The notes beneath the pieces are model-generated. The model did no database searches. It worked only from the letters and a program-made list of their open reading frames with translations, and was not told the origin of the DNA. A stretch of DNA of 63,186 nucleotides, filler included, from Intoshia linei (taxonomy: Eukaryota; Animalia; Orthonectida), in NCBI GenBank assembly GCA_001642005.1. It is 7 parts of 7 records of this genome, joined end to end, with 100 filler letters (N's around TTAATTAATTAA, not from the genome) between each part and the next. Parts side by side here need not be neighbours in the genome. Positions count along the whole stretch, not along the records: positions 17,938 to 30,869 come from LWCA01001059.1; positions 30,970 to 46,514 come from LWCA01000906.1; 5 more parts are not named here. One strand, given 5' to 3'. A program made the translations under genes and the position numbers. Shown piece after piece: positions 24,501 to 36,900 of the stretch (position 1 is the first letter of the stretch; every line of letters begins with the position of its first letter).

Positions 24501-27500
24501 TGACTGACTGTAAATTTTACTGAAGTGTAATAATTCCTTTAAATTTTAAAATGACTGGCATCATAATTATACTAAAGCTTTTTCGGTTCAAATTAAACGC
24601 TGTAGATACGCAAAAATTTTTATTTCTTCTTGATTACTAATGATAATAATGGTTGATTATTAATTATATGAAATGTAATGACCTGCAAATATAGGTTAAG
24701 TGGAATTGAAAATCAAAATATTTTCATTTTTTCATTGTTTAAAAGTAGTGGTTCCTGGTTCAAATAGTGTACGGACACCTATTTCAAAATATTTATTTTT
24801 TTGGACGCAAGAGAAACATGAAATATAAAAGATTGATGAAAAAATATTGGAAAATAAGAGGATGTTTTATCCTAACTTATATAAAAGGCTACGCGATTGT
24901 TGTTTGTGTGTGTGTGTTCAACTTTATTTAATAACTACGCGTCTTAGAATTTTTTAAAGACCACATTTCAATTACAGTTTTTTCCGGGACGTATAATAAG
25001 ATAAATTTCAATCCTCCAATTTTACATCTTACAGGTCAAACCCTGTTGTCTCTCTTTTTGAAGAGCAAACGAGTTGGAGAATTTAAAAAAATATATCAAT
25101 TGTCCTTCTTTTTGAAATCAAACGAGTTGGAGAATTTAAAAAAAGTATAGTTTTTTTCGGGACATATAATAAGATAAATTTCAACCTCCCAATTTCACAT
25201 CTTACGGGTCAAAAACCCCAGTTGTCCTCTTTTTGAAAATCAAACGAGTTGGAGAATTTAAAAAGATATATAAACTGATGCGCATTTTAAAATCATAAAT
25301 ATTATCATAAATTTAAATTTAAAAAAATTGTATCTTCAGGGCCAAAACCACAAATTACTTTTCCTAAACTAAACTAAACTAAAACTATAATTCTTAGAGT
25401 GAAAATAACGCAGTTGGCAACCCTGATTAATGATCATAATGTATTCATTCTGATATAAATTTAGGAACATTTTCAGTAGAATTATATGAAGTTATGATCT
25501 ACAGTAATACATTTTTATAACCTTACTTTAATGGGTTGGTAGAAGTGATTTGAACCATAATAGATTTAATTTTTAATGCTAAAATTAGATATATCCGCCC
25601 TTGGCAGAGCTAGGTACTGTTTGTACAAAGTACAAATCAGCCAAGCTAGTAATGATATATAGATGGTTGATAAAAAAAATTTTTTTATTTTGGGTTTTGG
25701 ATTAGGAACTTATTGCTCATAATATTTAGTAACATCGGATAATTCAAAACAATCTTGGAAAAGGAAGATATTTCCCTTAAGCCTTCGTAATTTTGTAGTT
25801 TTATTTTGGAGTTGGAATAAGAAATTTTCTCATAAAATTTGGTAAAATCGTGTTTTTCAAAAGAATATCAGTAAAAGTCAATTTTTCCCTGAGGGTATGA
25901 AATGGTATTTTTTATTAAATTTTATTAATGGTGAGATAAAAGTGGGATTTTTGAAATAATTATGTAGCGGTCGTTTAAGCCAGTGGTTCTCAACCTTTTT
26001 CAGTACATGGACCCTTTAGCTATTTTATATTATTCATGGACCCCTATTATAAAAAAATCTTAGACGTACGCTACTTTATAAATCGATGCNATGTAGCGGT
26101 CGTTTAAGCCAGTGGTTCTCAACCTTTTTCAGTACATGGACCCCTTTAGCTATTTTATATTATTCATGGACCCCTATTATAAAAAAATCTTAGACGTACG
26201 CTACTTTATAAATCGATGCTTATATTGTTTTATAAAATTTTTGACCATAGTTTTTTATATTGAAAATAGTTTTTATAGAACTCTTTTAAAGTACACTTTT
26301 TGTTAACCCTTCAGTTAAAATTTTGACAATATAATAAAACGAGTGCAAATTTGAATCGAAAAAGGTGTATACTAGTGATTTTCAACTTTTTTGTGTTCGC
26401 AACCCACCTTATAAACATAAAAATTTTTCTATATACTCCAAACATTTTATCAATTCACATAAATGAAAATATTAAAAATTATATTCAGTTTTATTTATAT
26501 TTTATACTGTGTTCAAATTCTCACTGACTCCCTGATAAATTTTGCGACCTCCCGGTTGAAAACCACTGGTGTAGACTGTAAACATCATTAACGTTTCGAT
26601 TAATGATTGCATGTTAAAATAAAATATAAATATACATTACGATCATTGATGTAAGAAAACGAAAACGTTAATCAAATAATCATAAGAGTTATACAACAAA
26701 TGACTATTTTCTCAAATTGATTCACTGATATTATTTTTCTTATAAATTACATATAAGTAATACATATACATTTATAATAATTTTAAATCATAAAATGAAA
26801 TATGAAACAATAAAAATGCAATAAGTGTAAAAATAATGTTAAAATTGTAATAATGAATAAATAAATCATGAAAAATATATGAAAAAACTGTAAAATAATA
26901 AATATGTGTAAAAAATTGTTATAAAAAATAAAAATATATATTATAACGCGGGCCGCATAATTGACACCTCTGGTCTTGACACTGATGAGTTACTCGGGGT
27001 CATTTGACGAGTAAATTCAGTTGGATTTTTATTCATTAAAGTCAAAACAAACAAGCAATGTGATAATAGCAATTATCAATGTGATCATTGCTATATTCAA
27101 AGTGATAATCAAATTATTAAGGGTTTCTGGTATTTTGACCAACATTTAAATTGTAATTAACGTGAAACGTAATATGGTTGAATCGCACTACCTATAATAT
27201 ATTTTTTTACGTTTAAGGTGTATATTTAAGAAAAATATTCGAATTTTCTGAATTTAAATTGTTAAAAATATTCATGTTATTCGCAGGTTCATTTAACCAT
27301 AATATAGTTTCGAAATAAAAATATAAATTTATAGTGAAAATATTTGTTCAAAAGTGCAATTTGACTTAGCGCGATTGCACTGTATTTACATTCAAAGTAA
27401 GAATAGTCACAGTCAATGTAAAAATATTCAATGTAAATTCAAAATGGAATAACGATTGTCAATGTGATAACAATTATAATCAATGTAAGAATAATTACAT

Positions 27501-28508
27501 TCAAAATGAGAGGAAAAATTTTAACTAAATTCAAAGTGAGAATTTATTATTATATTATTATTAATTTTTTTTTATAATTAAATGCATATATATGTTAATT
27601 TAATGTTAATTAACATATTTTATTAATTAAATTTCAAAAAAATATTTACAAATACGTTTAATTTCGAATATAATATAAAAAAATAACATTTTTAATAATT
27701 TTTTATGAAGAAATTTAAAGGCAGTGTATTTAAGTTACATTTAATGGTTATGAAGTAGATTCAAACTCAAGTTAAAGTAACACAAAAATTCAATATCAAT
27801 TAGAACATTTTTTTATGAAAATAAATCGCCCCAATATGAAAAAATCCCCAAGTTGAGAATCCCTGGTCTAGATCAATAAAATCAGTATTTAATCAATCGG
27901 TACAATTTATTCATTTATATTTTGTGATATAAAATATGGAATTTTATTATTTTGAAATTTAGATACGATCTCAATTTAAAAAAAAATCCTTCGCTAAAAA
28001 CGTGAAAGTAATTGTACCTGCACCTTCCGATTCAGAATGCCCAAGTTTTAAAACGACAATTGGACATGTTGTTTATCACCCACAAGACAATTCCATTATT
28101 TGGTCCATTCATAGTCTACAAGTAATTTTACAAATATTTCAAAACCGAATTGATCATGCCATAAAAAATTTGTAATACATATTGCAGGTCCATTTTTTAG
28201 AATAAATGTACATAAAAATTCCATTTTATAGATAAAATAGTGTTTAGGGTGGAAAAGAGCAAGTTTTAAAAGCCAATATCCATTTACCCAGTATTAGATC
28301 TTATGAAGAGGATACATATCCGCCAATTCGTGTGAAATTTGAAATTCCCTATTTTACAATTTCTGGAATTCAGGTATTACTTTTTTCCAAAAATCAATAT
28401 ATCATTTAGATCAGATATATCAAAATTATGGAAAGATCCGGATACGAAGGATTACCTTGGATTAGATATATTACTAAAGCCGGAGACTATTTAGTTAGAA
28501 TGAAATGA
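21564..28508 (+). CDS. AP1M1: AP-1 complex subunit mu, 11 exons (21564-21605, 21673-21835, 21886-21953, 21995-22125, 22253-22400, 22451-~22577, ~22687-22826, 23498-23569, 27963-28120, 28248-28373, 28410-28508)
   Basis: Motifs [130 protein letters not shown]..GDY. Absent from the ORF track because the exons are small. Confidence 0.96.
24870..25649 (+). mobile_element. Complete non-autonomous Helitron (780 bp)
   Basis: A|TCCTAACTTATATAA ... subterminal hairpin TTTGTAC-AAA-GTACAAA ... GCTAG|T: canonical TC/CTAG termini inserted in an AT site with no TSD. Confidence 0.85.
26373..26568. mobile_element. hAT MITE (196 bp)
   Basis: TIR TAGTGATTTTCAAC / GTTGAAAACCACTG; 8-bp TSD GTGTATAC/GTGTAGAC (7/8). 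Confidence 0.75.
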
Positions 28509-29478
28509 TGTTATTTTATTAAATTTCAGCGTTCAAAGATTAATATTACAATTTAGTCAATTTTAAATTATAATGAAGTCAATACAAAATGTACCATTGT
28601 AAGAATCCAATCGTTGGTGTTGAACCAACTACAATTTTATAACCGATGAACCCAAACTTTTTTAGCCTTACAATGAAAATTTTTGAGATTGCATTATTTT
28701 TTAAAAAATGTCAAATAAATTTACATAAATTATAGTTTTACATTACAATTTAACCAAAAGATTGTATTTTTGGCAATTTATCGCTATACCGATAAAAATG
28801 AGATGCTCATCTTTGAAACTATATGTAATTCTTGATCAGTTCATACATTATTTACATACATTTATGTAAATAAGGAAATTTCTTAATTGTACAAAAACTG
28901 AGTTGTAATAACCGACTAAGTTTTAGTCATGATTACTGATCCCAAATTAATGATTTTACACCTAGACACTATATAAGACATAAGTAAACAAATTTATACT
29001 CAGTGATTAAATTCAAGTGGGATGAATCATGTCCAGCCTAAAATCAAACAAAACGCATTGATGTGGTATTGTTACGTAGTTTTCAACTGTATAATTTTTA
29101 TATTAGTCATCGTTGTCACATAAACAAGAATATAAAAATTTTATATGCGCATTAAAATATAACTTTACTATATATTTTTAACAAAATGCAAACATTTGTA
29201 TTAGAAATTATTTCTAGCTTGCTGAATTTTCTTTACGACTTAAAATTTAAAGGATCAATTTAAATTCAATATAAAGGTTTTAATAATACATTTAGTGGAA
29301 ACTCAACAAGTCACCATGAGTATCTACAGATTTAACTATTTACGTTATATTATCACTCAAAAGTTTATTTTGCTGATTTTATTGCATAATTGATTTGAAT
29401 AACCGTTGACTACATTGCGTTTATTTGAAATTATTAATTTTTTCTTATAGAATTTACCATTGTTTCGGTACTTCGCAC

Positions 29479-29647
29479 ATGTCTGAATCCATAAATCCAA
29501 ATTTCAATAATTTAAACAATACTGATACTCTAGCTAACATACCCATGCCCGGTTTTCAACCAATGGATGTATCTAATTCAAGTAATAATATTGAAAATCA
29601 TCAAATCAATTTAAATGCACCTTATGACCCAAACGCAGATTATATGG
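29479..29647 (+). CDS. Possible exon of an uncharacterised Asn/Pro-rich protein
   Basis: MSESINPNF...PMPGFQPMDVS...APYDPNADYM is bounded by an upstream TTATAG acceptor and a G|GTAATT donor; the rest of the gene is unresolved. Confidence 0.35.
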
Positions 29648-30968
29648 GTAATTTATATTTAATTGTTTTTATTTTTTTAAAATATGTAATTAACACTATG
29701 CGTGTTATATACTTCATTAGGTGTAAAATGTACAAAGTTAACAAATTTCAAATTTTAGCACACGCATATTGTTAAAACTGTTGTAAAACTTGATAAGGCC
29801 ATATTAAAGTTCGGGAGGGAACTGATCATTAAATTTATACCCATTTGAGAACCACTATAATGTGTTATTGAAAAATTGAAAAATATATGAAACTTTTTTT
29901 ATCATCGCTACTTGAGTGTAAACATATTTTTGATGGAAATGAATTTTTGTATACAATGAAACAATTATGCTGAAAATAAACAACTAGGTGTACATTTTTG
30001 GGGTACTTGTTCACCATTATAAACAAACAACAGTAAAATAGTTTACAGATTGTGTATATGTCTTGCGCAATCTTAGAAATATACATTTTTTTCTAGAATT
30101 GTAAAGTATATTAATTCATAGTTCTAGAATAGTGTTTGTTAACCGTGGGGTTAGACATCACTGATGAGCCTGGGAAAATTCCCGAATTTATTCGATTTAT
30201 GGAAACTTTAGAATTTAAAGTTTAGATTAATGTAATGTTAATTTTGTTCAATAGTAGTTGACAGTTATGTACTTCATACAAACAGCAGCCTAATGAGACT
30301 AATCTTAGTTTTAATTTTAAGATTGATTTTTTATTGATTACAAGTTTTTGAGGTTGAGGTGATTTATGATAATGCTCATGATTTTAAAAATATCTAGAAT
30401 TTATGTTATATACAATGCTGGAACTTTTTAATGATTGGAACGATTTACGTAAGTAAATCAGTAATTAAGGTCTAATTAAGTCATGTAAGTAAGATCTGGT
30501 TGAGATTTACGACAATAGTACTGACGTTAAACGCGGCCAAGAATTTATATTATTTTATACAAATTATATGACTGATTTTGTATTTATTTGAAAAAAAGTA
30601 ATTTGGGATAAAACAAATTTCTCGAAAAACTATTAAAAATTGGATCAACTTAATTTTTTAATTCAACTGTAACATAAAAACTAGGCATGTGCAATACCAA
30701 GACAATACCAATACTTTTATTTCAATACTTTTATGGTATTGAAACAAATTTGATTTTTAATGTTTCTATACAAAGCTAGTAATATACAAGCGAAATTTTG
30801 TGACATTTTCATCTATTTTCCAAAACAATTTCATATGATTTTTCTCAACTGAACAATAAAAATATGCTTNNNNNNNNNNNNNNNNNNNNNNNNNNNNNNN
30901 NNNNNNNNNNNNNTTAATTAATTAANNNNNNNNNNNNNNNNNNNNNNNNNNNNNNNNNNNNNNNNNNN

Positions 30969-31615
30969 NACTTATTACCTGTTGAACCGTACGGAGCTTC
31001 ACGTCTAATTCTAAATTTTGCATAATGTCTCTAGCTGTGTATTGACCGACTAAAGCCTCACGTATAATATGAGACTCCGTTCTTGAAGTAAGTTTCTTGG
31101 GCCTACCTGGACTTTTTGACTTTCCATATGACTCTGGGTTGTGTATAAACCTCGATACCACATTTCTAGACCTTTTAATCTGCTTAGCAATGTATTTGTG
31201 TGATTTATTTTCAGTTTTTAATGCCATAATTTGACCCTTTTCAAAATCAGTTAAAGGTTTACCTCTGCCCATTGCTAAAATATACATCAATAAATAAATT
31301 ATATATTATTGATAAGATACAAGATATAATATAAATAAACATAATGAAAATGGTAATTACATTTTTAAATTTGATTATCATATAAAACAAGTGATTTTAA
31401 TTTGAAGTGTCCTATGTTTAATTAATTAACGGCTAATTAACGATTTGTCTGATAACTTTTCATATAAAGGTATTGTGGCATTAGAAAAATAATGCTATCA
31501 ACAAGCGTACTTTTTAATACCTTTTTTAATAGAGATGAAATATTCATGAAAATTAATGTTAATAAACCAAAAAATAATATAAATCGGTTGGACTTAATGT
31601 TTATTGCGCACACTG
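30969..31615 (-). mobile_element. Tc3-like element, 5' half (runs into gap); ORF intact from 31272
   Basis: TA|CAGTGTGCGCAATAAAC end at 31615. MGRGKPLTDFEKGQIMAL...IKRSRNVVSRFIHNPESYGKSKSPGRPKKLTSR resembles the Tc3 paired-like HTH domain. Confidence 0.88.
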
Positions 31616-32115
31616 TATTAAACATTAAAACCTTTCTATTAAGTGAATATTCGAAAAAGAAAGTAGGAATCTTTGATTTTCTCTTATTAATTTTCAAAAA
31701 AAAAGCCCTAAAATTTTTTATCGCTTCGCTCAAAACTTTAAAGGGCCTCCAGTCCTTTGCTTAGCCCAGGGCCACGAAGTGCTTTAAGACGGCTCTGAAG
31801 TTGTACCTAGTAAACTCAAGTCAAAACGATATTATTTAGTTTTCAACAATTTTATCTATAATGTGTGTATTTTAACTGGAAAAAGTTGTATTAAATGTAA
31901 TTTGTTAAACTTTTTTTAAATTCTGGGACAATTTTAATTTTTTAAAAAACGGGTAATTTGGTGATTTGGTCTTGAAGATATAACACAAAAAAATCTAAAA
32001 AATATAAAACACAATGATTAAATTGTTTACAGATGAGAGGACCTGATATTAGAACAGAAAACATACATATCTGTATTTTACAATAGGTATTAATCATTAT
32101 ATACAAATTAATTAC

Positions 32116-33846
32116 CAGATATTATTTTAGCTTCCTTCTTCCTTTTCCCAACACCAATACCATACAATTTATCGTTTATATAGCATTTACACAAGTAATT
32201 TTCCTTTACTAAAACATTGATTTAATAATAAATAAATAGAAAAATAGCAATATAAAATTTCCGAATTATGACCAGTGGACCACAATCGGACAACTCATGT
32301 ATTTTTTCATAATTTAATCAAAATTTAAAAAAATCCCGCATATTGATCACACTCATCAGTAATGACTAAATTGACGTCGATCCTAAAACCAAAACTTAAA
32401 AATTACCATTATTAGTAATATCATACGTAGGATTTACATTCATACTAATTTGAGTATAAGCATGTAATACTGTGAGATCATTCCTCCCAGAAAGGTTAAT
32501 GATACAAACTAAAAATTTAATTAACATTATTACACATAAATTAACTAATTTACAATGTTATGTTAATGTAAATATTCAATATATTTTAAATATAACATTT
32601 TTAATTAATTTGACGTCACTATTGCATCATATTATAACATTTATTAAAGTGGTATTATATAATCAGAATTTTCCGCTCACCTCTGAAAAATTAACCCTCT
32701 CTTCTTATGAGGTTACCCACAGCGGTAGGCAAAATCTACTCTACTCTTTTTCTTTTTGACCCTCTCATATCAATATAATAGAAATAATAATAAATATTTA
32801 TATTAATAATATACTAATAAATAAATATAAAATTATTTATCACAGTAAAAAAATCTAAAAAATGCTGTAAATTCGTATTTATTCAGTTATTCATTTAACT
32901 TTTTAAATTTTTAACATTTTATTATTGAGCTTTATATTAAAAGATTTTAGAAATAATGTCAAAAAAATAATGAAATGATAATGTAAATACTTTTATCAGT
33001 TTTGCAATTTAAAACTTTGATAATTTTGTCATTCTCGGACTAAAAAATATAATTTATAAAAAAATGTATTAAAAAGTTTACCAAAAGAGGGATTTTAGTG
33101 GTTTGATTCTTATCGTCTTTCAAGTTTTTTTTTTTGTTGATAAATATTTTTTTAAATTTCATCAACTTTTCACAATACGCACGTAGTTGTAAAACACCTA
33201 ATAGTGAATATAAACCAAAAAAAATTACCTATAGTCTCAGAATTTTTAATAGTTTCATTTTTTTCAGTTTTTAGTAATTCAATTTCGTCTTTAGTCATAT
33301 TTTTAGGTAAATTTTGAGGACAAGAAATTTGTTTCCATTCATCTAAAAATACGTCTGTAATAAGTGTAGTACTAACTGTAACATACCTAACTTTGTGTCT
33401 TTAATATACTTGAGGCAGGGAACTGAAAAAATTGGAATTTCATGATACTGATAAAAATTTAAAATTTATAAAAAAAACTAAAAAAAATACTCGCAAAAGA
33501 GCATTTCCAATGTAGTACGGTCTAGATAAGGTAATAACGTTGGATGGTTTATTAAGATAAATGGGGATTCCACTATTATGTATAATTTTTATCCAATCAG
33601 CTGGGAGTGTGTTGACATGTTCTTTTTCGCCGCCTAAGCAAAAATAAATTTTCGAAGAGTAGTCATACCATCCATCACCATTTTTTCCAATTTTTCAAAA
33701 ATTGCATCACTAGATTTACATGAGGTAGAATCATTTGAATTTTTTTCAAATTCTTCCTCAGATTTGAGTTTTATTTTCTTGGCTATACTTGAACCATGTT
33801 CATTTATATCTTCATATTCAACTTTTTTCAGTGATCTATTTTCCAT
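32116..33846 (-). CDS. DGCR8: Pasha/DGCR8 (Microprocessor subunit), exons 33846-33669, 33633-33491, 33447-33387, 33342-33229, 33197-33082, 33039-32991, 32508-32407, 32208-32116; 3' end unresolved
   Basis: WW/Rhed: LPADWIKIIHNSGIPIYLNKPSNVITLSRPYYIG...HEIPIFSVPCLKY (cf. LPDGW..HNSGVPVYLH...SRPYFLG...IPCL.Y). Then LRAYCEKLMKF. dsRBD1: INLSGRNDLTVLHAYTQISMNVNPTY...YGIGVGKRKKEAK. All joins are GT-AG and in frame. Confidence 0.9.
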
Positions 33847-33973
33847 AATAATAACTTTATTTGTTGATATAGTAAATCTCAATCAAATTATTTATACAAG
33901 TTTTTGTTTATTGTTAGCTTTTCATTTAAATTTACAATTACAATAATTTTTTATTTACAATAATTTATTTATA
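33847..33973. promoter_or_regulatory. Putative bidirectional promoter between pasha and the Bro1 gene
   Basis: Divergent start codons only 127 bp apart. Confidence 0.55.
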
Positions 33974-36900
33974 ATGATTGTAAAATTTTTATTACCTCTC
34001 AAGAAGGGGTATCCTATTAATTTAACTGATGAAATGAAAAAACATGTTATTGCCAATTCTTGTTATAAAGAAATTGATCAGGATTTATTGCCAATATTGC
34101 AAGATGCAGATATTTTAAGGAAAAATTGCATTGAAAATCCGTCCATCGATAATTTAACGAAGTATCGTTTGATTTTTAATTATTTAGTTTTATTTAGTTA
34201 TATTGATATTATGTATCAATTTAATGAAAAATTTCCGGAAAATGTAATTTACAAATTATAATGTATTTTCTATGGCCTTTTCGGTGACCTAGTTAGAAAT
34301 TATAAATTATAAAAAGCAGGTTATCATCAGGATAATGAGACAAATATCATGTAAATTTTGACTGAATTAGAGGTTTCAAAAAAATTTTTACGGATTAATT
34401 AAACATTTTATTATTAGGAAGTATTACACTATGTTATTATTACATTACATTTTTGTGTTCAATTTCAATATTAAATGTTCAAAAAAATTTTTCTGGTTCG
34501 TTAAATTTTTCATTTGGACCAGAGTAGTCCGTAATCTACATGATGGATCCGCTGGCATCGTACGACGTTATACAGACGACAATACATATATTGCATTTTG
34601 TGAAAAGTTAATAATACATACCTGATGGATAATACTCCAAGTTGCAAGTTGTGTCCAAATTAATTGAAACGAATTACAGAAAAGTCTCCGCTATTCGCTC
34701 AAAAAACTTTAGTTCTTATAATCTTCATACATAATCTTCGTTATTCGCTATAATATTACTTTGTTAAAAAAAATTAATTAACGCTTCAGACAGAGTTGCC
34801 AGATATCATTTTGAAATGTATGTTTTGCTGAAATACTAAAGGTTAGGGTCCAAGCCTTAGACTGAACCTCAGTCACTGAGGTCCAAATAAAACATTCTAG
34901 TTACATTTTTGAATTTGGTGGAATATTTAAATTAATTATTTAGTCTTGTTTGTTCATTTTTTAACAAAACTGAACCATGTTAAAAAAATTTTGCCACACT
35001 CTCCAAAACTCGAGACTCGGTACGTTTTATTTAGCAATGTTTCAAGTTTTTGGTTAAATTAGAGTTTTTAAAAGAATATAGATAAAACTTGGTTGGTAAA
35101 ATTTTATATTTATTTTGGGATTGGAATAAGAATGTTTTTCTCATAAGATTTATCATAAAATCGTGATTTCAAAAAAATGTCGGAAAAAAACAATTTTGCC
35201 CTTGAGGGTTTGTAAATTTGAATTTTAAGAGATTTTCCGCATAACATTTAATAAAATAGGGTTTTTCAAAAAATATTAGAAAAAGGGATTGCCCCCATAT
35301 CCTTGAAGTGTTGGTAAAATTTGATTTTTATTTTAAGTTAGGTTAAATGAATTTTTCATAAAAACAATGAAAAAAGGGATTTATCTTTAAGGATTGGAAT
35401 AAGAATTTTTTTCTCATAAGATCTCTCATAAAATCGTGATTTCAAAATAATAACGGAAAAAGACGATTTTGCCCTTGAGGGTTTGTAAATTTGAATTTTA
35501 AGAGATTTTCCGCATAACATTTTGTAAAATAGGGTTTTTCAAAAAATATTAGAAAAAGGGATTACCCCCATATCCCTTAAGTGTTGATAAATTTTGATTT
35601 TTATTTTGGGTTAGGTTAAATGAGTTTTTCATAAAAACAATGAAAAAAAGGGATTTTCTTTTAAGAGTTGGTAAAATTGTATTTTTATTTTGGGATTGGA
35701 TTAAATTTGTTCTCAATTGTTTTTACTTCATTCTATCTGTATCTGTCTCTATCTACATTCACTGGTTTTTAAAAAATTATTGAGAAAAGGGGAGTTTTTA
35801 GAAAAATATTGGATAAAGTGAATTTTTTCTTTAGTGTTGGTGTTACTCCAATGGAGTAAGTGGTCTTTTAATCGCAACAGCTGGCAACTATGAGTTAAAC
35901 CGAAAAAGCTAGTAGTCGTATTTTTGTATAATTTAAAAATATATCGAAAGGAATTTTTTACTTCATATGGAAAAAAAAATTTAGTTTTTGGTTGGATTAA
36001 GAGGTTTTTATTGAAATCTTTGGTATAATCGAATTTTTCAAAAAAATTAACTAAATTGATTTTTTTGTGGTTCGATTAAGATTTTTACAAAGGTGATTTT
36101 TTATTAACGTAGTTGAATAGGTAAGTATTACATTTTATCAATGGTGCAATAAAAATGGGATTTGTGAAATAATGTAAGCGGTCGTTTGAGATTTTGGATA
36201 AAATCACATCTGCCAATTGCAATAATTTACTTTACAAAAATAAAATTTTTTAATTTTTCTGGTAATAAAAACAACAATACTGGTACTAATACCAGCAAGT
36301 ACTGGTAACATTTGATTCATTTGTTAATAATAATTTAATTTAATAATTAGCTCAATTTTGAATTTAAATGGGATGATGCTTTTAATAATAAAAAATACAG
36401 TAATCTATCATGTTATCAATTTCATCTTATATTTAGAATGTGGACTTTTTAAATTTGAAGTAGGTTGTATTCTTTTCAATTTGGCCGTTTTATATTACAA
36501 TAATTCAACTAATCGATTGACTACAGCTCTAAAAGTTAATGCTGGGTCAAATAAAATTGATGATGAAGTGCTAAAACAATGTTTCAAAAATTATAGTGTA
36601 ATTTACATTTCGAAAATTCTTGTAAATGAGTAGAAACGATAGAAAACTGTAGAATCAATTTATTAGATTGAAACCCATATTTTTGTATTTCAAATATTTA
36701 TACGGTCAATTTTTAATAAAATATTTACCAAATAAAAAAAATTATTATTTTTTTTAATACTAAATGCCTTTTTGATCCTAAAAGTGTCAATTTGTGAGAT
36801 TTTAATTTTTTTATTTTTAGGACTTATTTTTTAAAAAAAGGATAATCTGGTTTTCATCGTGAAAATGCAAATTTTTGAGGTTGAGATTGATGATAAAGTT

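Larger units (their letters stand above)
24290..27865. mobile_element. hAT-type TIR pair bracketing a nest of elements in AP1M1 intron 8
   Basis: Perfect 16-bp inverted repeat CAGGGATTCTCAACTT at both ends. The flanking 8-mers (TTATATAC / GTCTAGAT) do not match, so the ends could come from two separate copies. Confidence 0.5.

Noticed and set aside
25972-26218. Perfect ~118-bp direct duplication, including ORF 26112-26306
   Set aside because: The copies abut a single N, so this is an unmerged contig overlap of a hAT MITE end; similar cases near 18800/18990 and 61432-61512.
28920-29040. Minus-strand micro-exons AGHDSSHLNLITE|CKIINLG as a possible Pasha dsRBD2 start
   Set aside because: Only faint resemblance to AG..SPYQILHECL.RN.G, and the frame hits a stop shortly after; not supportable without a profile search.
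31437-31764. Overlapping 98-aa and 90-aa ORFs
   Set aside because: They span the Tc3 terminal region and a MITE; AT-rich noise with non-ATG starts.
32255-32385. Possible extra pasha exon between exons 7 and 8
   Set aside because: The in-phase reading hits a stop; skipping it gives a contiguous dsRBD.
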